Below, one piece after another: positions 34,454 through 64,000 of a stretch of 64,000 bases of DNA (the first letter of the stretch is position 1; the number at the start of each line of letters is the position of its first letter). The notes below the pieces were generated by a model. The model was not told where the DNA came from. It did no database searches and worked only from the letters and a program-made list of their open reading frames with translations. Source of the stretch: the human T2T-CHM13v2.0 reference genome, Homo sapiens; the NCBI RefSeq assembly GCF_009914755.1, contig NC_060940.1, one strand, 5' to 3'. A program made the translations under genes and the position numbers.

Positions 34454-34696
34454 TAAATGGAGAAAAACAACAGAAAAAAAAAAAAACAGGTAAGAGGATG
34501 AAACTGATGGCTACGGAGAGCAAAGAGAGATGGGGTGTTTATTACAGCCTCATAGAATCTTAAGACTTTTATACTATGTAAGTGTAAAACTTTGATATCT
34601 GTTTTTAAATTTATGTGACTAAACATGCCAACAAAGAAACGGAGTGCTGTCCAGAGTGGGGCTGCCCTGGGAAGGGCAGGCCAGGGTGGCCTGTAC

Positions 34697-34880
34697 CTGT
34701 CAGGGGCTGCTGCTTGGCTGCGTCCCAGACCTTCACAGTGGTGCCTGCTGCGCTCACCAGAATGCCGTCAGAGGTGGGGTGGAACTGCAGTACCTCCACT
34801 GGGAGGTCCTCGGGGCCCAGCACCACCCCGGGTGCTGAGGGCAGGGCCTGGCCAGGCCCTGGCAGTCGCCAGAGTTTTAC
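34697..34880 (-). CDS. CORO7: Coronin-7 exon 5 (VKLWRLPG...FHPTSDGILVSAAGTTVKVWDAAKQQPLT), WD40
   Basis: VKLW/VKVWD WD40 signatures; TTGCAG acceptor, CAG|GTACAG donor; 184 nt. Confidence 0.96.
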
Positions 34881-35376
34881 CTGCAAGAAAGACCAAGTCC
34901 GTGAGCACAGGGCTGAGGGCCTCACTGCCTTGAGTCAGCTGCCGTGACCCCAGTGAGGTCCCGTGTTGGAACTAGGCTGCTCCAGGAGACCACACACCTT
35001 GGCCTTGGGAGGAGCGCCCACCCGCCTCAGCTTGCTTGGGCCAGGGGCTGCATACCCCACATCCGAGAAAGGAGGGAGGGAATCTCAGCTCCTAGACCAC
35101 AGGGTGTGGTCCCAGAGTTGGGGAAGTGGCTCTACTGTTTCTGGCAGCATCCCCACCTGCTGTCCTCGGGCTCCAGGTCAGGTCAGAGCCACGGCTCCAA
35201 GCAAGCCCTTGGGAGCCAGTGTGGGACCAGGAATTCAGACCAGCCCCGCAGCCCTGGGGAGTGGGGTGGGGCTGGACTGGGAGGCAGCAGAGCCCTGTGG
35301 GGATGGCGCTGGGGCTCAGAAGGCCCTGGACTACGGGCTGGGACATAGAGCAGCTCTTCCAACTGGCTCCACTCAC

Positions 35377-35447
35377 CGTCCTGTCAGCCGAGCCTGTGGC
35401 CAGGAGGAAGTCATCAAAGGGCGAGAAGTCCAAGTCGGTGACTAGGT
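35377..35447 (-). CDS. CORO7: Coronin-7 exon 4 (DLVTDLDFSPFDDFLLATGSADRT), WD40
   Basis: Classic coronin WD40 motif; CCCACAG acceptor, GTGAGT donor; 71 nt. Confidence 0.96.
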
Positions 35448-35803
35448 CTGTGGGAGAGGAATGGCTGAACCCACCGGAATGTCCTGTTTCCAACCCAGTA
35501 TGAAGCAAAGCCCAGGGCTTCCGAGGTGACACTTTTGTGTGCACACAGAAACAGGCTACAAGTCTACAAGGGCCCTCTGGACACCATGGGGGCAAATGCC
35601 ACAGGCCCCTCCTGCGACATACGCCCCCGAGGGCCCTGCTGACCCAGGGTGGCCAAGGGCTCTGGCATCAGGAGGTTGGCAGGAAATGGGCAGGAAGCCG
35701 CTTGAGTCACCAGGCACCTGCAGGAACGCAGCTGCCCAGCCCGACCCCTCCTAGGGCAGCACAGCCCACTGCTCCTTCAGTCGTGGAAGGTCCCCAGGAC
35801 TCA

Positions 35804-38730
<2,927 letters not shown>

Positions 38731-39551
38731 CTATATACTTTTTAAAAATTTTTTAAAAAAGTTTAGATGAGAAAACTCAGCTAACGTACTTAGTACAGAG
38801 AGCAATCTCCATAAATCTTTACTATTGTTATTAACCACCATCATTATCATATCAGAACCCCTCCACGACCCTGCACACCCAGCCTGAGGACCAGGCATCA
38901 ACTGCCTTCCCTCACCCGAAGGCCTCCAAACAAGCAGCCAGAAATGCAGGCCAGAGAGACTGGGCCCGCGGCCGCTGCAGCTGGACAGTGAGAGGCGAGG
39001 CCAGCTGGGCTGCTCTGCCTCCATCTGAGGCGAGCAAACTGTTCCCTCGAGGCGGGCAGCCTGCCAGGCAGGCTGCTGGACGCCCCCAGAAGCAGCTGCG
39101 GCACACAAAAGGTCTCTTTGTGAGGGCCCATCTCCACCCCTGCAGCCCAACACAGCGACCTCCTTGGAGGGCCCCGAGCGGCTGGGCTGGGGAGGATGCC
39201 TGGTGGAGAGGGGACTCCAGCAGAAGACGGAGGGCTCAGAGCCATCCAACGTGGAGTCCTCGGCAGGGACAGGGAGCCAGCATCAGCCTGGAGCCTGGGG
39301 CGGCCACTGCACACCCCGCTCCATCCAGCTCACAACCGGAGCACACAGCTTCCCTCCTCACTGCCCAGGCCGGAATTCTACACCAGGAGGAAGCCTTCTG
39401 AGCCCCACTGTCTCTCAGAGAGTGCACAGACAGGGCGACAGGAGGGACCTGGCAAGCCATGCGGCAGTGGGACCAGGTGAGGATGAATTTCTGGCCCTGG
39501 AGAGGGAGGTGCAAGTTTCAGGCTTCACCCACTAGTCAGACACCCACTCAC

Positions 39552-39626
39552 CTGAATGGCAGCCCAGGTGGGCCACGCGTCGCTTGTCCTCTCCTTGGCC
39601 TTGCAGAGGCACAATGCCCAGTACAC
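39552..39626 (-). CDS. CORO7: Coronin-7 exon 3 (GVLGIVPLQGQGEDKRRVAHLGCHS)
   Basis: TTTAACAG acceptor, CAG|GTGAGT donor, 75 nt, phase 1-1. Confidence 0.93.
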
Positions 39627-40503
39627 CTGTTAAACAAACACGGGGACTCTGACTTCAGGCCCCACAGGGCCACCCACCTCCTTGCCCAGGGATCCCAGAG
39701 ATGAAATCCAGCAGCTCAGCCTCGGACCTTCCCAGAGCCTCTACCAATCACAAGATCATATCCTCTGCACGTAGCAATGGCCTGTGGGTAGGTTCTGGCC
39801 CCATGCATGAGCCATCCATGCCTCAGATGGATACAGAAGACATTAGGCGAGAGGTCCTCTCTTTTTAACACGGGTCATACGAAAGGGGCGTGGGGCTTTC
39901 GTATGGGGCTTGCAGCTACCGTCAGCCACTTTTCGCACTTTTACTTGAGAAAGAAGCCAACACCCAAGGTGGCAGAGCTGAGAGACCCAGAGAGGTCAGG
40001 GCCGACAGTACATGTGAGCCTTTGGGTACCGATCTGCCTGAAGCCCCTGATCTCTTAGTTAGGCTGAAACATTATCCATTTTTTGCTTAAGCCAGCTTGA
40101 GGGTCTGAGTTACCACTAGCAATCAAGAGAGTGCCAACCAACACACGGGCTTTTCAAGCCTTTCTGTTCCTACTGTCCCCAGCCATCCAGGGCCCAAAGA
40201 TGAGGAGCAGGGAGCACAGAGGGACAGCTGGAAATACAAGCGTCAGTCCCCTCCCAGCCCTCCTGGCCATGCTCTTGCCTGTGGTTTGTACACACATATG
40301 TCCTAATCAAAAGCAATCAGATTACTGCGCCTGGACCAGTTTGTGGGGGTCTAAGGTCTGGCATGGGGCTCACCTCTGAGCCCCCCAAAGCAGTTCCGTT
40401 CCAAGTCTCCAAATACACCAAGCCTGCCCCTGCTCCCCACCCCATCTATGGTGACGATGACCGAATATGTGAGCAAATATCCACACTCATGGCCATTCCC
40501 TAC

Positions 40504-40600
40504 CAGGACGGTCGGAGTTGAAGGCGATCAAGCTGCAGCTTGATTTGATGTGGTTCCTGCATGAAGGGGCGGTTCCTGCTCGAATGTCACTGATCCAGGA
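40504..40600 (-). CDS. CORO7: Coronin-7 exon 2 (SWISDIRAGTAPSCRNHIKSSCSLIAFNSDRP)
   Basis: TTTTCAG acceptor, GTAGGG donor, 97 nt, in frame with exon 1; not in the ORF track. Confidence 0.93.
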
Positions 40601-40734
40601 CTGAAAATCAAGAGTAAAGAAGTATGTGGTGAGAGCCAGGGTTCCACCTCCATGCATGCCTAAAGCAAGAGGTGGGGCATAATCTGGGGAACTCTAGCTC
40701 ACAGCTGCACCATTCGAGATGCATTCTTTTATTT

Positions 40735-42347
<1,613 letters not shown>

Positions 42348-43049
42348 CCCTCCCCCTAACTTTTCAATGGCTCTGCACTGCAATCAGAATAAAACCCAAC
42401 TTCTTCCGGTGGCCCTTGGGTTCTGCAGGACCACTCTGGACTCATCTGTCACCATACTGCTCCGGCCATCCCCTCCATCCACTCATGCTCACTTTCCATT
42501 TCTCCACCAGGCTCTTTCTCAATTCTCACCCTTCTGGCCTCAGCTAAAATGCCATCTACTCCAGGCAGCCTTTCCTGACCACGCTACTGAGACTGGCCCC
42601 CTCCATTCTCCATCCCAGTCCCTCATGTGTGTTCTTCAATGTCGTTATGAAAACCTCCAATGCTCTTGTTTGTCTGCTTGCTGTCTCCCTCATGAGGCTA
42701 CAAGTGCCACAGGGGAAGGAAAATGCCGTTGTGTTCACCGGGATGTCTCCAGCAGCTTAGCACAGCATAAAGTGGAAGCAGAGGAAATATAGTCCACACT
42801 ACAAAAACGGAACCTCTACCCAGACTGCCCTGACTTGCTCTGGGACCCTGATGGGGTCACTTGAGGTCAACTCCTAGGCCCAGTTATCGGAGGACACTCC
42901 CAGGCCTTTCAAATAACACGGAAAGCGGAAGAGCAGAGCTGACATCGTTTCCAAGGCGCACCCCTCATCAGTCCTCCTGCCGTTTCGGGGGTCCGAAGGG
43001 TCTCCCGGCACCTGGCTCAGCAATTCTTTGGGGCTCCACCTGCTCAGGC

Positions 43050-44090
43050 TTCCCCAGGCCCCACCCAGCCGTGGCAGCATCACCGAGATAAAGAAAGAGC
43101 TTGCGCCAGCGGCGAGAGGAGGAAGCACCGGCGGAAACCCGAGGGAGGGGCGCGTGCGGCCGAGGGGCTCCCTCCCCACCACTGACACACTTGGGCTCGC
43201 CGGGGCCAGAGGAGAGAGGGGCGTCTCCCCACAGCCCAGCCAGGGGCAGGGGCGACCCGGGGCGGCAGGGAGGAGGAGCCAGGCGCCGGCAGCGCCCCGA
43301 GCCCCGGCTCCCGGCGAGGCCGACCGGAAGCTGGGAAGGCAGGCGGCCTCGCAGGCCTGGGCCCCGGCTAGGAGGGCTGCGCCGCCTCGGGGGTCCCGGG
43401 GCGAGGTGGGCGAGGCGGGCAGACCGCCAGGGTCACCGAGCGCCAGAGCGAGTCACGGGAGTGCCGGACTCTGCCCTCCGGCGGCGACGAAACGGCCCGG
43501 ACGCCGGGGCCCTGGCCTGAAGGGGGGTTCCCCGGGGATGGAGGTCTCGGGGTTCCAGACGGCCCTGGAGGGCACCCCTGTGGGGTCCGGGCAGGGGGAG
43601 GGGCAGCCGGACGGGGCCCGAGGCGACAGCGCCCGGTCCTCGGGCCGGACTCACCTCGCGGCGGGGCGGCCGAGCCTCGGTGTGCCGGAACTTGGACACC
43701 CTGAAGCGGTTCATGGCGACGGGCACGGCGGCGGACGCGTCTTCGAGGACCCCGGGCGTCGGGTCTCAGGTGCACGCTGAGCAACCGCGACTCCCGCTGC
43801 CTCGGCCCCACCCGGGACCCAATGCCGCGGTCACGCCCCCGGCGCGCCCCACTGCCAATCGCAGCCGTCTCCGGCCCCCTGGGCCACGCCCCCAAGCCCC
43901 TCTCCTTTCGCGCGCGCACCACCGGTCCCGCCTCCCGGCCAATCCAGGTACGGCCGCCCCGCGAGGCCACGCCCTGATACCGAGGGGACGGACTGGCGCG
44001 GGTGGGAGGTCACGTGGGGCGCAGCTGTCAGCCCACGTCTCCTGCGGTGCTTGCTTGCGTGGGGTCTCGGCTGCAGCATTCGCGATTTTG
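43050..44090. promoter_or_regulatory. CpG island / CORO7 promoter with three CCAAT boxes, KLF/SP boxes and an E-box
   Basis: Dense CpG; CCAAT near 43819, 43855 and 43939; GGCCACGCCC near 43882 and 43965; GTCACGTG at 44009-44016. Confidence 0.88.
43655..43714 (-). CDS. CORO7: Coronin-7 coding exon 1 (MNRFRVSKFRHTEARPPRRE)
   Basis: Coronin N-terminal SKFRH motif; GCC-ATG context; GAG|GTGAGT donor; 60 nt. Confidence 0.97.
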
Positions 44091-44349
44091 TGTGCAGGAT
44101 TTGCTGTGGAGTCTTTGCGGTGTACCTAGCACGCCTTCCAGCACTATCTACCTCTTCCTGTAGAGAGGGGAGAAATTAGCTCCATTTCAGAGACAGGAAA
44201 CCCCCGGCTAAAGGAGAGTGTAAACTGTCGGTCCCCAGGTCACACCAGTGGTAAGAGGCAGAGGGGGAACAGGGGCCCAGGTCTAAAGCAAATCCCTGTC
44301 CACCGGGCCTACTCAAAAGCCTCTGCATCCGGCCAGGCGCTCTGCATCC

Positions 44350-52562
<8,213 letters not shown>

Positions 52563-52599
52563 TTAGAGGAGGCGGGTGGGGAATCAGCCTAAGAGACAG

Positions 52600-53560
52600 T
52601 GAGACTGCGGCCAGGATTCTGAGGGTGGCGACGAAGATTTACTAGAAGCGCGCGGAGACGGCATGAGTAAAACTCACGCAATTCGTCGTAAGTCTCAGGG
52701 TCAGCAGGAGGAAACCACGCACTACATGCTGGGAGCGGCGCGACGGAGGACCGCGTTGTATGCTGGGACTTGTAGTCTCGCCCTTAGCCAGACCCCTCGG
52801 ACCACTTAAGTTCGGCTACATTCAACCACGTCCTTACACCGATAACGTACACCGATTGGTTGTCTAGCACAGAATAGCGAGGTTCTGCACGGCGAGTCTA
52901 CCTAACAACACTCTTCAGAGCAAACCCCGTTTCGGCGATGGCTACCCGGAAGGCGCGTTGGCTGCGGCTACGCGTACGGTGCGCCTGCGCGTGCGCGACG
53001 CATGCGCCTCTACGCGCGCCCGCCGTTCCCGCGAGGCCCACCTAGAGCCGGGCGGCGCAGGCGCAGTGTCCCCGGGCCAAGATGGCTGCGCGGTGCTCCA
53101 CACGCTGGTTGCTGGTGGTTGTGGGGACCCCGCGGCTGCCGGCTATATCGGGTAGAGGGGCCCGGCCGCCCAGGGAGGGCGTGGTGGGGGCATGGCTGAG
53201 CCGCAAGCTGAGCGTCCCCGCCTTTGCGTCTTCCCTGACCTCTTGCGGCCCCCGAGCGCTGCTGACATTGAGACCTGGTGTCAGCCTCACAGGTGAGGGC
53301 AGGTTCCAACTTCCGAGTGGCGGTTTCAGGGCCTAGAAAAGAGTGAGTCTCCTCGCTGTGACTACGGCTGCAGGGGTAGTGGGGTGGAGGGTGTCTTCCG
53401 ACGCGGATGCACAATTGCCGGAGACACAGACAGGCAGGAGGCGGGGAGGCCCCAGTGGCTGCTCAGCCGTCAAGGAAGGGAGAGAAGCGTGGAGCCCCCG
53501 GCGGCGGTGATGAAACGCCCCGTAGATCGTGAACCTTCACCTCTCTGTCAACATTTCTGG
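52600..53560. promoter_or_regulatory. CpG island / DNAJA3 promoter (ZNF143-THAP11, NF-Y, ETS/GABP, NRF1 and YY1 motifs)
   Basis: GACTACAAGTCCCAGCATACA on minus (52757-52777); ATTGG 52855; CCGGAAG 52946; TGCGCCTGCGC/CGCATGCGC 52980-53007; CAAGATGGCTGC 53078-53089. Confidence 0.87.
53082..53292 (+). CDS. DNAJA3: DNAJA3 (Tid1, mitochondrial Hsp40) coding exon 1, mitochondrial presequence
   Basis: MAARCSTRWLLVVVGTPRLPAISGRGARPP..., Arg-rich and acid-poor; CAG|GTGAGG donor; 211 nt. Confidence 0.96.
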
Positions 53561-54099
53561 AGGCCGCTGCTCCCTCGTCCTCTTCCTTTCCCATCTCTCC
53601 ACCTTCTAGCCCGTAGCGGAAGGGAAGAGCTAACTGCCATTCGGAGAGGCCTAGGTACTTTGTTACAACAACCCTGCAAGATGCCTGCCGTCATCACCAT
53701 TTTAAAGAATGAGAAACTGAGATTCAACGGAGGAATCGACCAGCCCAAGGTCATGGAGTTAGACTAGAAGAGTTGTCTCAAACCCAAAGCAGTCATGTCA
53801 TAGTTTACGCTCTTTCTACCACGTGGTGCTAATTGAAGGGCACAATTAACAATCTTTTTAGAAGTCTTTAGTTGGTGATTGTAATAATAACACAGTCAGA
53901 CATTTATTGAGCACTTACTGTTGGCCAGGCATGGTTTTCCCCTTACATCACATTTCCACATGATAGGCACTGTTATTCCATTTTATAAAGATAGTGAGGC
54001 TTAGATGTTAAACCACTTATAAATGTCACAAGGAGGTGGAGGCTTGATATCATTGCCTGAGATGACACTGAATTATACATTAAGCCTTGAAGTGCTTAG

Positions 54100-60524
<6,425 letters not shown>

Positions 60525-60597
60525 AGCTTAGCCAGTTTCTGCAGCTTAACAGCTGATGCCTAGAAGTTCTTCCCCGACCTTCTTAGATTGATTTGTC

Positions 60598-60795
60598 ATT
60601 GGTTCTCAGCAGGGGACACTTTTACTTCCCAGGGGACATTTGGCAATGCCTGGAGACGGGGAGTTCTCTACTGGCATCTAGTGGGTGGAGACCTCCTGAG
60701 TTTCTGGTGAATGTCTGGAGTAGGGCTTGAACATCTGTGTTTTCATCAGTCTAATGATGCTGTTGGTCCAGGGAGCGCAGTCTTGAGAACTGCTC
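60598..60795. mobile_element. MER20 fragment joined to a MER5A-like fragment
   Basis: CCCAGGGGACATTTGGCAATGCCTGGAGAC and CTACTGGCATCTAGTGGGT (MER20); TGATGCTGTTGGTCCAGGGA...TTGAGAACTGCT (MER5A). Confidence 0.72.
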
Positions 60796-61126
60796 CTTAA
60801 GTAGATACCCAAGGCTGCAAGATAGAGGGAAAAGAATGTGGGGAGTTGTTAAGCATTAAATGTGACAGAAAAATATGAAAATATGAAAATACCTAGCAAA
60901 TGGTAAGTGCTCATGTGGCATAAGAGGGGGGAGCTGAATCCCTTTTTAATCATCTCCCAGTCAGGAGTATTATTCCTTTAGTGGTTTACTGAGACCACTC
61001 CAGTAGTATAAGCGAGGAGAATCAGCCTCATCCAATACTCTGACATAGTTTAATATTAATTGAATACTGTGGCTTCCTTAGCCATTATTGAAGTGCATTA
61101 GGGAACAGCCCTAAAGCTGTAGCCTG

Positions 61127-61480
61127 TGTATTAGTCTGTTCTCATGCAGCTAATAAAGACATACCTAAGACTGGGTAAATTTTAAAGGAAAGAGGTTTAT
61201 TTAACTCACAGTTCAGCACGGCTGGGGAGGCCTCAGCGATCGTGGCGGAAGGGGAAGCAAACACATCCTTCTTAACATGGCAGCAGGAAGAATGAGCAAA
61301 AGGGTGAGCCCCTCATAAAACTATCAGATCTCATGAGAACTTACTATCGCGAGACCAGCATGGAGGTAACCGCTCCTGTGATTCAGTTACCTCCCATCAG
61401 GTCCCTCCCATGACACGTGGGGATTATGGGAACTAAAATTCTAGTTGAGATCTGGGTGGGGACACAGCCAAACCTTATCA
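61127..61480 (-). mobile_element. THE1-family (ERVL-MaLR) solo LTR
   Basis: Minus strand begins TGATAAGGTTTGGCTGTGTCCCCACCCAGATCTC and ends GAACAGACTAATACA; about 355 bp. Confidence 0.9.
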
Positions 61481-61584
61481 GTTTGTTTGTTCCTTCACAG
61501 ATATAGCCTGGTGGGTCATGTACTCACAGTTTTCTTTTGTTGAGAACATTCCCAGAGTGATTTTCTTTGTTTTTTCCTTTTTAG

Positions 61585-61718
61585 GAACAAAACATAACCC
61601 TTTCATTTGTACTGCCTCCTTCCACACGAGTGCCCCTTTGGCCAAAGAAGATTATTATCAGATATTAGGAGTGCCTCGAAATGCCAGCCAGAAAGAGATC
61701 AAGAAAGCCTATTATCAG
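61585..61718 (+). CDS. DNAJA3: DNAJA3 exon 2, start of the J-domain
   Basis: SFHTS then [25 protein letters not shown]-domain helices; long U tract + TAG acceptor, CAG|GTCTGT donor; 134 nt, in frame with exon 1. Confidence 0.96.
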
Positions 61719-62052
61719 GTCTGTATGGAAGTCAGGTTTTGGTGACCAAATTGTAGTAGGAATGTTGTTGATCCCATGTGATCCTGATCAGTACAGCGTA
61801 TGTGCCCATATGGATAGGTCTCATGAGCTGATAGTATAGAAGGGTGTGATAAAGCTGGACTTTGCTAGACTGTTTTTCGATGCACAATGCTGTAGAGGTT
61901 GGTGCTTCAGAAAAAAGAGGTGAGTCCAAACCAGAGATTTTAAGAAGTTTTTTTTTCTAGAGCTGTTTTCATAATTAAATTTAATCTGTATTTTCTGAAT
62001 CAGTAGATATGCTAGTCTAAGTTTTAGGTAGTTATTTTTTGCATCCAGATAA

Positions 62053-64000
<1,948 letters not shown>

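Noticed and set aside
34870-34885. AG|GTAAAA at the start of CORO7 exon 5 as a recursive splice site
   Set aside because: Weak donor, the preceding intron is only about 500 nt, and GTA AAA simply encodes Val-Lys.
43815-43960. ERSE (CCAAT-N9-CCACG) in the CORO7 promoter
   Set aside because: None of the three CCAAT boxes has CCACG at the required spacing.
43028-44129. 150-250 aa ORFs around CORO7 exon 1
   Set aside because: Stop-codon scarcity in a CpG island.
61215-61235. PRDM9 hotspot motif in the THE1 LTR
   Set aside because: Minus strand reads CCTCCCCAGCCGT, not the hotspot-associated CCTCCCTAGCCAC.

Overview
Human (or near-identical primate) genomic DNA, recognisable as the 16p13.3 CORO7/VASN/DNAJA3 locus. 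On the minus strand are CORO7 coding exons 1-9 (ATG at 43714, 785 coding nt, N-terminal WD40 propeller). All nine exons join in frame at GT-AG sites, and intron 9 runs off the left edge. Nested antisense in that intron is the single coding exon of VASN (vasorin, 673 aa, 8057-10078) with its 3'UTR and poly(A) signal. DNAJA3 (Tid1) starts divergently at 53082 from its own CpG island about 9 kb away, and exons 1-2 are present. The right two-thirds is very Alu-dense, with L1, MIR, MER and THE1 relics. I found no convincing wholly new gene system. The best non-obvious observations are five: (1) a 5'-truncated, Alu-split COX7C processed pseudogene in DNAJA3 intron 1, with poly(A), target-site duplication (TSD) and apparently ancestral residues; (2) four tandem Alus inserted at one site in a MIR, leaving five TSD copies in a repeat-spacer-like array; (3) CORO7 exons 4-5 forming a phase-symmetric 255-nt cassette bracketed by inverted Alus; (4) a strong CTCF motif in CORO7 intron 6; (5) an Alu-derived strong cryptic acceptor in DNAJA3 intron 1. 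Repeat boundaries and subfamilies were called by eye and are approximate.
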